Origin: Zygnema circumcarinatum SAG 698-1b
Lineage: Eukaryota; Plantae; Zygnematophyceae
Length of the DNA: 64,000 bases
Reading direction: 5' to 3'
Assembly: GCA_037447605.1 (NCBI GenBank)
Contig: CM074806.1
Span: forward strand, 930,001 to 994,000
Shown here piece after piece: positions 46,887 to 59,632 of the stretch. Every line of letters starts with the position of its first letter. Position 1 is the stretch's first letter. Made by a program: the position numbers and the translations under genes. The notes under the pieces are model-generated. The model saw only the letters and a program-made list of their open reading frames with translations. It searched no databases and had not been told where the DNA came from.

Positions 46887-49800
46887 ATGGCGTCAACAGC
46901 AGACGGTATCGAGGGTGGTGCGGGAGAGGATCTGAAGGCCGAGAATGCGCGGCTGGTGGCAGAAATGGCGTCCATGAAAAAGAAGATCATGGTGGCATTT
47001 AAAAAGCAGCAGGCAGAGTTGCAGGGGAAATTGCAAGCGGCTGAGAAGCTTCGAGAAGAGGCAGAGCAGCGAGCAGCAGCTGCGGAAGCTGCTGCGGCTG
47101 CCGCTTCTATCGTGCCTACTGTAGACAATGGAGATATTGATGGAGCTCTTGCATCGGAAACTTCTGCTCAGATCGAGAGTTTACGGGCGGAGCTTGAGGA
47201 GGCCCGGCGATCCACGGAAGCGTTGGCAAAAGCGCATGCAAAGGAACAAGAGGACATCTTGAAAAGGGCCCTTCAGGCCGAACAGGAACTCCTTCTAGGT
47301 GGATACATTGTTCCGCTTCCTTTTTTATGCGAGCTGTTGTTATGAGCCAGCATTCGTAATCATTTGGAAACCAATTGCTACACTAGCCCCAAAGCAAAGC
47401 CCAAACTTTAAAGGGCTTTGGATATGCCTGATATCGCAATATAAAGACGATCTGATGGAATGCTGGCTCTCTTGCTTGTTTTGTGTATGAGAGCAGTGAG
47501 GAAGGAGCTTCAACAATTGGAGAACACCAAACAGGCTCAAGCTAGCATACAACAAGTAAGTAGTGAGTTATTTGATTATGTCATGTTTTCTGTCTTCATT
47601 CCTTGCGATTTTACATTGCAAGAGGTTCATCGTTGTAGCTTTTGCATTTTCCATTTTGCATTTGCTAATGGAGGCAGTAAATTAGCTATAGCTTGTCATG
47701 GATCATTTGTTTTTTAGCAAAGTGGAAACTATTTTCTCCATTGCTTAAGCTCCAGACGCGTTTTAGAGCGGCTACTTGCCCGAGAGTCGCCGCTTTGCTG
47801 AGTTATGGAGAAAGATGCTTAAGTGAAAGGCTGAGGTACCTTGTTACCGTTTGTTTTTCAATTCAGGGACTGGAGAAGCAGCTCGTTGCAGCGGCAACTC
47901 AGGTGTCAGATGCTTTTGCTCGTGCAGCAGCCGCAGAAGAAGAGAATGCTCGGTTGCGGCAGGGTATTTCTGCGTCGGAGCGAGAGGTTGAGGCTACCGA
48001 AAAAGCTCTGAAGGCTGCACAGGAGATGTACGTCGATTGTCGAGGATCCCTTTTCACATCATATGAATAATACTACTAATAATAATATACATTATATTTT
48101 TTTTCTGCAAAATGAACCTATAGTCTTCTTGCTTTATTATGGAGTAAAATGCTATTTCAGTCTCGGTTGTAGCCTACTGGAATCACAGGCAGACTGTTGA
48201 CTGTAAAAGAAGCATGCAGGTTGGAGACCACGCAGCATTCACAAATGGAGCTTGCTGAAGGACAGCAGGTTGCTGCAAAAAAGCTCAAGGTCCGTGCATG
48301 ACCTTTTATGTGGAAAACTTTTCTTGGTGTAAGATTAGCCTCTACGACTGAGGATTAGTTACTGAGTTACTCCATGAAGGGAACTTAACTGAGACACTCC
48401 TGCACTGAGACTCACTGCATTTGCTTATTTTCAGGTCGCCTATTTGATAGAAAATGCAATATTTACTTTTACCTGCAATTTCTACAGGCTCAGAATTTTA
48501 AGTCAGAGATTTCCCAGGGTTGCAGGCAGCAGAAGACAGTGCGAGGCAGTTGGCAGAGGATTTAACGAAGAGCCAAGCAGAAGTAGCCAACCTTCAGGTA
48601 CAGAGGTCACAGGCTGGCGTCACAATGCAAGATAGCGAGAGAATGCAGCAGGAGCTTGCTGAACTCCAGCGTTGTGCTGCTGATGAGGGGGTCACCTTAC
48701 GGACCGAATTGGAATCCCAGATTTCCCTTGCTCGCAACGCCCAGGATGAAAGTGCAGATTTACGAGAAAAGCTTTCTGCTATTGAGCATCAGGCCGAGTT
48801 GGCTAAGGCTCGTCTACTTGAAATGGAGCAGACCGAAGCAGAATTGCAAAATTACAAACTTCAAGTTGAAGCCTCACAGCAGAGGCATGCGGAGGAGTTG
48901 AGGCATCTGCAGGGGGAAGTTATGAGGTTACAAGCCGATCTAGAGACTGCACGAAAGGCAGCGAGTAGCTCTGACATTGACCAAGAGGGAATCAGAGCAG
49001 ATGCGACCAGCAATGAACTTCAGGAAGAGGTAGGAATCTTGAGACAGAAGGCTGAAAAGCTGGATGAGCTCCAAAAGTCTTTGGATTTAGCACTTTCCAA
49101 GGAAGCTCTTGTTCACAGTCTGCAGCTAGAAGTGGAGCGATTGCAGAAAGTGATTGAGGACAAGTCGGGACATGCCTTTGAAAAGGCAGAGGCAAGCTCC
49201 AATGAACTGCAGGACGCAGAGGCTGGAAAGGCATTGACTCAGAATGCTCTGGAGACCTTAGAATCAGAGCTTCAGTTAGCAAAGCAGAAGATAGATGCCC
49301 AGGCTGCTGAACTGGCAAGCTTAGAGACCGAGCTTGACTGCTGCAAAGCACGCCAGAATGCAGCCGAGGAGTCTGCAGTGCGTGTGGCAGAAGCAGCTTC
49401 TGTTGCAGAGCAAAAGGTGCAAGACCTTGAAGTTCAACTGAAGGATGGTAAGTTTCAATCAAGAACTAGCTCTTGGACAGGGCTGAAGTTTGTCTCTCCC
49501 CATTTTCTGATGAAAATTACGAGGGCATGTTGAGCATCAGAAGAAAGGGACACTTAAAACATAGGAATTTGTCGATGCAAGATTCTGCTGTACCTTTAGA
49601 TACAGTCCCTAGCGCCATTGCTGATCTAGGTGGAGGAATCATTAATTGCAGACATTTCCATCTTTAAGGAAGTCTTATCAAGTTTTATATGCATACCCGT
49701 TCATTCTTCAGTATAAAGTTGACTATATTTGGTCAGAAAAATTCTGGTCGCCTCAAAGACCCGAGTAAACCATTGACTTTTTAAAGAATATTTTTTGGAT

Positions 49801-52800
49801 AAAATGTCCATTTTTAGACCACTTTAACAAGTGTGCACAAAAGCATTGAAGGCCTTAGTCTCCTCCCGCTCCCCCTCCCTCCCCTTCACCCCCCACACCC
49901 CCCCTCCCCCCCTTCACCGCCGCTCTCCATCTCAAATAACTGCGTCCTCCACAATCTCCCGCCGCTCGCACTTACATGGAGAATTGAAGGATGTGGTTAG
50001 CAATTACAGTTTGATTCGTTGTATTTCTGGCATTGAGCGTCATTGTGACGTGCTAGTTGCATTGAGTATGCTACAGTGATTGCCTGATTGATCAGAGTAC
50101 TGTCAATTCGCCTATGGCAGTCATTATCCTGACTTCAAGGTTGTAACAGACATTACAGCCTATTCTAGGCCTAGAGTCGGAATTCTCGTTATTGCCCTTG
50201 ATTGTTAACAAGCATTTGTGGCCGCTCTTAGCTTTGAATCAATTGAACTTTTTCCCTAAAGCTATTGAAGTCAATTTGTTTCCATATTCAGCTTGATTGC
50301 AAATTAATTCATAAAGTTACATTGCCGCATAACAATCCATAAACTGTTGTGAAAAAAAGAGAAGTAGACATCCGTCGTTTCCATATGCACTTGGTCTACT
50401 GATCTCGTTGTAGATTTAACTTGGCTTGCTTTACAGCAGCTGTGTCACTGTGCAAAATGAAGGTGCTCGGGGGATGGAAGGTGGCTTTTGTTTAAGTGGT
50501 TGGTCACCAAGAGACAAAAGTTATATGGTTGCGGTGTTTAACGGTTTGTGCATTGTTTTCTGTTTGGATTTATTATGACTCTTCCCAGCTCATGCAAAAA
50601 GCAACGAGGCACTCCGATTACAGGACGAGAAGTACGCAGATTTGGATGCCAAGTTTGGGCGACTCCAAAAACGAGCCAAGCAGCGCATTCAGGAGCTCAC
50701 AAAGGTGAGACCTTCTCTGGATAGTTATGGTCATTTGTGTGAAGACGACTTGCTGCACTTCACTACTTTCTCGCCAAAGTCGGTGCCTTTACAAGAGTCA
50801 CAACCGGAATGAGTGCCATTCACATACTTAAGCATTGACGAATTTGAGAAAACCAGACAGCAAATTAGAGAGCTTTATGTTGACAGGGCAGCCATGGGAA
50901 GGGTGTTGAGATTACAGGAGAATGAAGCTGTGGAGGCGCAAGTTGTGGCAGCCGGTGAGAAAACAGCACAGGTTCTCTCACAGCTTGCTGCCTTGCAAGA
51001 GGAGCTCGACCGAACAAGACAGCATTCAAATGAGGCTATTCTTGCAGCAGAGAATGAGAAGGAGAAACTACGATCTGCAAACGCAGCGTACGACCTAATC
51101 ATCCTGTCAAGGTTCTGTTTTGGTTTTTTTATTATTGAGCCAAGTGGTTGAATTGGGGGAATTTCAAGTGGGCTAGCAGAAGAACATCTTCATCCTTCCT
51201 TGGGGTTTGGGGGTGGTGCGGTTTGTAAGACAGTTTCGCAGAGGAGATAAATGATCTGCGGCGGAGCTTAGAGGCGAAAGAAATCACATTAAATGAATCG
51301 AGGAGGCTGGCTGCTGCCAAAGAGCAGGTAAAATGTCAGATGTTAAGCCGTCAAAGTCGACATGTTGTTGAAGCTCGAAATTAGTGAGCATCTTTAGGTG
51401 CTAATATTGTGGGAAATGCAGCAGTTAATGGCAGAGCTGTACTCACGATGAATGCAATTGAACATTCGGATCATGCGTAGTTGGTAAGCTTTTCTTGTGC
51501 TGGACTCTGTTCAGGCTTATGTTGAGTTCATGAAGCCAAACCTGAAGTTTTCAATTGTTTCCTTGCAGAGCTTGCTGGAATTGAGCTCGGCTGCGCAAGA
51601 GGAGAAAGAGCAGCAGGCTGTGACACTGACCGAGTTAACAGAACGGATTCAAAAGGTGCATATGTAGTTTTCGTTCGCACACTTTTCACCTGCTGTTTGG
51701 GTTTTCGTTTAGCGTGACTGCCACTTGTTCTTTGATTTGAGGGAATAGCATTGCTGCTGATTGATAACCTGTTAACCTGTTTGGACCCTGATTAAGTCAA
51801 TCCCCTTGCAGGTGACGGAGGACTATGACCTGAGACTGAAAGAAGTTCAAGCTGAAGTGGAACAGGGCATCCTGAACCTGAGTGAGCTCAAGGTCTGATA
51901 TTTTCTGTGCCTTTTCTTTCGTTCGTGTTGGCTACTGTTTTTTGTTAGTTCAAATGTTGCTCTGGGTCAATTGATTTTTGTGGGAGTGAGGAAAGATCAT
52001 GAAGCAGGCATGCGGGAGATGAGGGGGGTACAGGCACAGCTGGGCGAGAAGGAGCAGCAGCTGGCAGAGCTGGAGACAGCAACCAGTGGAGAAATTGCGC
52101 GGCTCAAGTCAAGTATAGAGGCTGCCAAGGGAGAGACTACGAGGTTGGAGCAGCAACAGGTAGTTACGGATTCTCAGTTTTTGGTTTATGAACAATAGTG
52201 AGAAGTGTGATAGGCATGTGAGTGAGAGCGCATTAGATGCACATGTTCTTTTCCTGTTCCATCAGGAAACTCACTCCGAAATTGGAATGCGGATATAGAG
52301 GGATAGGAATCGATCATCTCTTCAAGCAGTTGTCTTCTCGTGTTTGTCTTTACATTATATTTGTTAGCAAATGCGAAAAACAGTGGGAGTGGGAAATCGA
52401 GGAATTTTCTTGATAAGGGCTTCAAGCAGTGGCGTAGGCATCTCTAGTTGAATGCCGGAAAGCGAGTAGTTTAAGGGAGGTGGTCACGTGAGTGCTTGAA
52501 CTGGAGGGTTTTGCAGCAAGCAGAGAGAGATGTATGGGAGACCAATCTGACTAAACTGAAGAAGAGGATTGACGCCACAGAAAAGGCTCGGAAGATGCAA
52601 GAGGCTTCAGCAGCGGAAACTAAAAGTGAGTGACAAACGGAACTATTTCAGCAGGTTTTTCCTCCTGAATGTGTCAGTGGAGTTTGGACATGTGACATAT
52701 CACGGTTCATATTACAGAGAGGTTGATGAAAATCTCTAGAAATGAAGGTGAATCTACTTACGTCTGCATGCATAAGTGACAACAATGGAGGAGACTGTAT

Positions 52801-55800
52801 GTTCTGCGGTTTGATCGTTTTTTATTAGTTAATCTCTGGAAAAGTCCTATTTTTAGGCCCAGCACTTGGTTCTTTGTTCAGTATTTTTAAGATATGATAA
52901 GATATGGTCATCTGGGTTGCTTTCTGAATGCGTTTCTTATGTATGGCTGGGGGATGGGCCAAATAGGCAATTTGGAGTCTGAGCTGGAATTGCAGCGGCA
53001 GGCTTTGAATCAAGCACAAAGTGCCCTAGTTGCAAAACACGCCGAGGTATGTTCTCTGTTTGTTTGTTTGTACGTGCCTCAATAAGTGAAATTCACAGAA
53101 CTACTCTGTGTACTTCATGAAAATCTAAGAATTGACTGATACTGCAATCGGCATCAAATGCACTTGGATCAAGAGATACTATCATTCTCCTCGTTTATGC
53201 TTATCCTCGCTGCTGTGCAGGCGGATCGTCTTGCTACTGAGTTAGCAGCATACAAAGTCCGAGCAGCTGCCTTGCTACAAAAGAAGAATGCGGAGCTGGT
53301 GGCAGCGAAAGATGCAGAACTGGCTGTAGCACAGGAGGAGGCTTTAAAGGTGAGATTGGGGCTCTTTGTGGACCATCCTCTTGCCATGTATACAAGAGAA
53401 GCTTTAGAGGATGGTGGTTTCAGATATAGTCGACTGGAGTAGAATTTCAGCAGCTGGCCTGTTAGAGCAAGATTTTGTTTTGGGCTTGCAGGCAGCCCAG
53501 CGGGAAGCCCGAACTGCAATTGCAGAGCGTGACAACATAATGAAAGAGCTGAATGCTGCGATGGCGAAGCATGAAGCGGAACTAGCAGCAAGGTAGGTTG
53601 AAGCATAGACCCTTAAGATTTATACTCATCCTGTATAGGTGTATAGGTATAGGTTATCCTCATCCCATTTCTCCCTCCATTTTTTCTTCTTTCGTTGAAT
53701 TGGCAAGGCGGCTGTAATCTCTGCCTTCAAACTCGTCTGACTCTGCGAAAGTGGATGCATTGACCAAGTTTTGGGTCCTTGCAGGTCTGGAATGCTCATG
53801 GAAGCAGAACAGCGAGTGCGAGAGTTGGCCACTCGACAGGAGGTGGTGCGATCTCAGATGTCTGCTCAGCAAGTTGAGTGGCAGGGCAGGTTGGAGGAGA
53901 CTGAGGCAGCATGGAGATGTAAGATGAACTTTGCACTTCCAACGCTGCTGATTTTTGCCAAAAAAAAATGATTGCAAATATACTTGGTTTGAAGGGTTTG
54001 GAGATGTTAACACTATTTTCCTTGTGTGGATGCAGTAAAAGTTGCTGCTCTTGAGGAACGAGTGAACCGTGACATTGAAACACAGCTCACCAGTCAGCTT
54101 ACAGCTCTTCAGTCTGAGAACCAGAAATTGCAGGTGGGATTTCGGAGTTGAAGGCTGTTTCATTTTGTTCTGGTGATGTTAAATCTTCCATTGGATGGAG
54201 TTAAGTTAAGAGTTAAGTTGGATGGAGATGCGCTTTCGTGTTTGCAATCTTGGAAGGAGGAGAGCATAGAAAGAATGAATGTGCAAGCTTGACATTTTCG
54301 GAATTCAGCCGTAGTAGATTAGGAAGAGAATATATTTGTTGCAAAGGCGTGAAAGGGATGGTCTTATGCTACAGATTGGTAAGCGTGTGAAGGGGAGGAC
54401 TTCGAAAGAGTATGTATTTGGGAAGGTTCATATTTCAAACTTCCTTTGATTCCAAACATTCAAAGCTGCAGGCCGAGCACGAAGCATGGAAGGAAATGGC
54501 TGACCGCATGCTGGACGAGAAAGAAGCAGAAATTCGGAGTCTGCTCGATGAAAGCGCAATTTTGCAATCGTCGTTAAGCTCCTTGCGACAACAATTAGCT
54601 GTGAGTTTTATAAATCAGTGCTCACATTTCTTTTTGTTAGTCATTCCCCTCATTTCGATTCTTTCAACCCGCGAGACTTTCGTCCTTGTGATCGAAGGAC
54701 CTGTTATAGGTTGCAGGCCCTTTATTTAACTTCCCATGTGTATCTGTTTTCACTTTACCTGCAGGTTTCCTCACGTGACATGTCAGCAAGCATTGCAGGT
54801 ACATCCTTGAGTCTTGATTCAATTGTTGGAGAGCTGTTTTGATCGTGGATGCAAAGAGCACGTTTCCCTGCTTGAGGGTGTTCTAGCTAGAGGATGATGT
54901 TTTCAAGGTCAATGTTTTTTTAGTTTGGACCTTAGTGTGGTCAAGTAGAATACCTGAATTAGGTGAACATGATCTCAATAATGTGTGCATAAGCTCTGCT
55001 AGGTTGCACGGAGAAATAGACAATGTTTCTGACCAAAAGAAGAGCTACTTTTGAGGTGCATTTTTACGGAATCCTGGGGGAAAAGTATGGGCCCACGGAA
55101 ACATTGAGATGCTCCTGCTCCCACATGAGTTACAATGAGTTGTCAGTGCCGCCTTGCTTACTAAAGCATTATGCAGTAACTTACTGGTGTGTGGTGCAGG
55201 AGGTTACTTTATCCAAGAACCCACTCCTGAGAAAGTGGAGTCGGCAACAGCGATAGCAGCAGCAGAGCAACAAATTTTGGTTAGTCCTTCAACTATGCAG
55301 TGATTTTTCTTTGATCAATATACCCATATATTGGTTCGTTGAAGTTGCACCTTCTTAGGAGTATTGCTGTTTGGGCGCTTGCAGCTTTTGGCCAGGCAGC
55401 AGGCACAAAGGGAAGAGGAGGTCGCTCAATGCCATCGTCACATTCAAGCCCTGCAGGTGATGATATACTACTCTACTGACAAGGGAGCCAAATTCTGTTG
55501 TGGGAGAAGCTTACTTTAACCTTGATTGGGCCAAAGGCCGCCCTTTGGTCACAGGTATCTCCCTGCTTATAGCATTGAGTTATCCTGTTAATGTCACCTC
55601 TCCTCATACTTGTAAATGTGGTGGTCAACAGGAGGAACTGTCCGACATGGAGAGGGAGAATCGTCTTCATGCACAGCAGGTGCGCTTTCACAGTAATTTT
55701 ACTATTGTATACTCTTGTGCTGAATGAGTCGCTATAAGAAGCCCTTCTGGTTGAGTCCTTTTGAGTGCTGAGTGATCGCACTTGTGCTTGCAGGAAGCAC

Positions 55801-56671
55801 TTCTTAAGGATGAACTTCGTAACGTGGATAGAGCTCAGAAACGTGAAGGAGTGGACATGACTTACCTCAAGAATGTGATCCTGAAGCTGCTTCAGACAGG
55901 TGCGTTGCTTCACATTCAACTATGCCAGCACCCCTCATGAGCAAAGTCTTTCGTTTTCTTTTTGTTTTCAAAATCCAACGCAACTTGGGGCATAATGTGC
56001 AGGCGAAGTCATGGCTTTGCTTCCAGTGGTGGCCATGCTGCTTCAGTTCAGCCCTGAGGAGGTCTGTGCTTGCCCTTCTCTTTAAATGATTACATTGGAA
56101 AAAACATATTTCACTAAAGTTCTGTGCTCAGGTTGTCTGTCCCCTTTGAGAAAAGTTGCTTCTGAAAGCACCCTTCATCGTCTATTATTGAGGGGCAATC
56201 CCAACTCCGACAACCTGAGGAATTTGCCCCGGAGCTGACTCTTGAGAACCCGAATTTTGCTCCTTGTACCCAAAGTCTGCCTTTCTTCCAATAGACCTAA
56301 AATCGCAGCCAATCTGCATGTACCGCTTTCTCAAGGGACGCGTTTTCATCTTGCCTATCGCGACATTCTTTGTGGTTTGTCTATTTCGTCAATCATGACA
56401 TTTGGAAAGTCGGCTTTCAAATATCAGCAGAGCTGTTTGATCCTTCGTCCTCGTTTTGCCTGTAGTCCATGTTCTGCCGTCTCATGCATGATGTCTAATA
56501 TGGAATGACCCTTGGCTTCGCCTGCAGGTGAAGAAATGTCAGACTGTGTATCAAAGGCCTGCACCGGAAGTACCCCTCAGCGGAGCCGCAGCAGTAGTAG
56601 ATGCTGCTGCAGCTGCTCCAAGATCTCTTTTCCAGGGCTTCAGTTTTGCTCAAACTGGTCGAAGCTCATAG
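46887..56671 (+). CDS. GRIP: GRIP-domain trans-Golgi golgin (AtGRIP-like)
   Basis: Long E/Q/A-rich coiled-coil exons; DEKYADLDAKFGRLQKRAKQRIQEL; C-terminal KREGVDMTYLKNVILKLLQT|GEVMALLPVVAMLLQFSPEE|VKKCQ; TAG at 56669-56671. Confidence 0.95.
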
Positions 56672-57744
56672 AGGGGAACGGCACTTCTGCAAAGATCAAT
56701 CTGAGTGTTGAGGATGAGGGAAGGCGAGGTTGGGGGAAGCTCCGGAACACTTTGGCAGAGAAAAAAAAATGTTCTGGACTTCTCTGTAGTTTTAAGCGTC
56801 CTGTTTATTGGGTCTGCGGAGAGCGGCGCATCTCCAAAGCCAGTAAGCCAAATGCTTGCTGCTGCTTGCATTCTTAGAAGCCTCGCTTCCAAAGCCTGTA
56901 GCTTACCTAGTTCGTTCTAGTAAGGGTCTACTCTCGGAAGACATGGTACTGCAGTGAGCTGGCATTGAAACCCTAGTAGCTTATAGACATGTGCTATATG
57001 ACATGTACCTGGCGCCACATGGTGCCTTAAATTGGTGAAGCTGACTTCCCGGTCCGTCCCGAGTGGTCTCCCTCCTTAGTTTCAACATTACTTGAATTGA
57101 TGCGCATGTCATGGGTCACCATATGTGAGGAAAGCGCGAGCCCTTGTGCATTTGCTGTGCCCCGGTACTGAGGTTGTACGGGAGGGGGCGAGCAAGTCCG
57201 TGTAGAAGGCAGGCTGATGGGGAGACACATGGGCGTGATGTTTGCATTGCAGGGATTGTGAACGTATCGAGTCAAAGAGTATGTCACTGTTTCAATCATG
57301 TCGGCTCATTCAGCATGCACAGTGAGTAAGGTCAGAGAGAAAAAGGCTTCAATTCTCGTGAGTTCCTGCCTGGCTCGTCAATCCCCCACACGCCTTGAGG
57401 ACAATGCCTGGACCACACGAGCTTGGCTCATGAGTGCCAAAAAACAATGTCTGTGGCCGTGTCGCTATGTTACTGGCAGAACTACCTTCAGGTCGCACAT
57501 GGGCAGCGCTCCATGAAGTAGTGCTCTTGGGGAATTTTAAGGTCCTTCTCAACTGCTCTCCCAACAAGATAGTCAGACAAGCATCGAGCATGTTCCCACA
57601 ACATTCACGTTTTTGATTTTACCCTGAGACCCAAACTCGAGTGCGGTCCCCTCCCCCTCCGCGCCAAACCGGGCACAAACCCAAACAACAGCTTGCAATT
57701 TTTCCGCGGCCCCTCAATCCGATAAGCGCCGCCGCGTTCCTGTT

Positions 57745-57800
57745 GGGGGGGGGGAAGGGGGGCGGAAGGACCAGACGCGTCACGTCACGGGGGGGGGGGG
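57745..57800 (+). repeat. Paired poly-G tracts in the NEET promoter
   Basis: G10-AA-G6 at 57745-57762 and G12 at 57789-57800, flanking CACGTCACG. Confidence 0.85.
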
Positions 57801-58056
57801 AAGTCGGGGTTCGCGGAATTTCCCGGAAGGGGCGGCAACTTTGAGTTTGCCGGTTTGTGGGTCCAGAGGTCATATGACGTCACGCCCAGACGACTCTTTG
57901 GAGGAAATTTCACGCGAGTCCATGCCAGATCCGTGTCCTGAACGCAGCCACTACTTAGAGGGGAGGGGAGGAGTGGACGAGAGAGAGAGTGAGTGAGCGA
58001 TTGGAAGGAAGCTGCTGCTGCTTCTGCCATTGCATTCATTTAACTTTGACAGAGTC

Positions 58057-58877
58057 ATGGCTGCCGCTGCGCTGTCGCTGCAGTCCAGCTTTCTTGGAGC
58101 GCAGTGCTCTCTGCGAGCACAGGCGGCGCCAACGAGTGGACGGGTGGCGAGACGCAATGTTGCTGTGCGAGCTGAGGTGAGGGAGGGAATGCTGAAACAG
58201 CTCTAATGCCGATAGTAAATGTGGCGGTAGTATATATGAGCTAGGACCTGTATAGTCTTCTTGTTCGGGAAAGACTCGTGGTGTTCATGCAAGATGTTTC
58301 GCGTACGTTGCTTCTAAGGTTGCTCATTTTTATTTTTTTGATGAGATTTGGTTGAGAGGAGGCTGGTTACTTTGTCACGTTGATGCAGATTGATGCAAAT
58401 GTGGTGATCAATCCTTCCATTCAGAAGGATGTGCCGAAGGTGGCTGATACTGTACTGGTAGCAGAGCTGTCCAAGCCGGTGACTGTTTACTGCAGGTAAC
58501 GATTTCCTCTACAAGTACCTCTGCTGTACGACAGTGTGCTCAGCTCCGTCTTTATCTCCCATGCATTCAACATTTGGATACTTTTGCTCGCCCCCTTCGT
58601 CATCCTGACTCCTCATTCATCTCTTCGCATGGCGCTGCCCTGCTCTCTTCCTTAGTGTAATTGACAATCGTTATGCTGTGAATTTCCACAGCAGCATTAT
58701 GCTATATGGATGCTGGTCCTGCCTGGCAGGTTATTGCAATGTAGAGCTTTGCCTCATTCGTTTAAGCGTTGTTGCAGGTGCTGGCGCTCAGGCACCTTTC
58801 CCCTTTGTGATGGCACTCACGTGAAGCATAATCAGGCAACAGGCGACAACGTGGGCCCGCTAGTCATCAAGAAGTGA
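58057..58877 (+). CDS. NEET: Plastid CDGSH iron-sulfur protein NEET, 108 aa
   Basis: Exons 58057-58176, 58389-58495, 58778-58877 (327 nt); transit peptide then [14 protein letters not shown]...[35 protein letters not shown]. Confidence 0.97.
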
Positions 58878-59632
58878 GGACATTGTCATCAGACATAGTC
58901 GGCTTAGGGTTTCTCGTTACTTATTCCGCTGCTTTTTTGCATGCTTTCGATATTCTTTTTTCTAGAAGAAACCCTTTGTTTGAGTTATCGTTTTTGCTGC
59001 ACAAGTCATGTAGACTACGCAATGCACAATTTTGCGATTTAGCAACTTCTGGCCTTCTACGTTTGGTGTTATTTTACCTTAATCATGCTCTTATGAGTAT
59101 ACTGATTATGTTGCATGATTGTGTCAACTGCATACATTGATGCTCTACTGTCAAAGCTCCTATCCCTTGCAAACCACAAGTCATGCTTCAGATAGTTTCG
59201 GAAAACATCTTTTAGAATTGCGACATGCAAATATCCGTCCGACAGGTGCCACGTAGTGCTATCAACTCCATACTGTGAAGTTGTCGCTATCTCAGGGAAG
59301 GCAACACGTATAACTCTAGGTTGTGCAGTGTAACTGGAACCTGAAATTGAGAAATGGCTCAATGACAGCGAAGGTCTATATGCACCTATATAAAAAATAA
59401 AGATGAAAGACGCGGACACCTATCCAACCACAACAGCCTCCCAAAAAAAAGGATTGGACAGTCGTGCGGTGTGAGAGCCTCTGATGCAACACTGAAGGGG
59501 GATAAAAATGTGTACACGAATGCACTACTGGAGCTCTCATCTCTGATCAGCGCAATACAGACGCCTCACTAATCAAGGTCAGTGAAAAAATTTGGCTACA
59601 AACATAGTGCCCAGGCTCCATCACTGTGGCTG

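Noticed and set aside
48992-49462. Long antisense ORF (156 aa) opposite GRIP; similar ones at 19710-20285, 28302-28712 and 18511-18985
   Set aside because: Shadow ORFs of coiled-coil or hydrophobic coding exons; no recognisable motifs.
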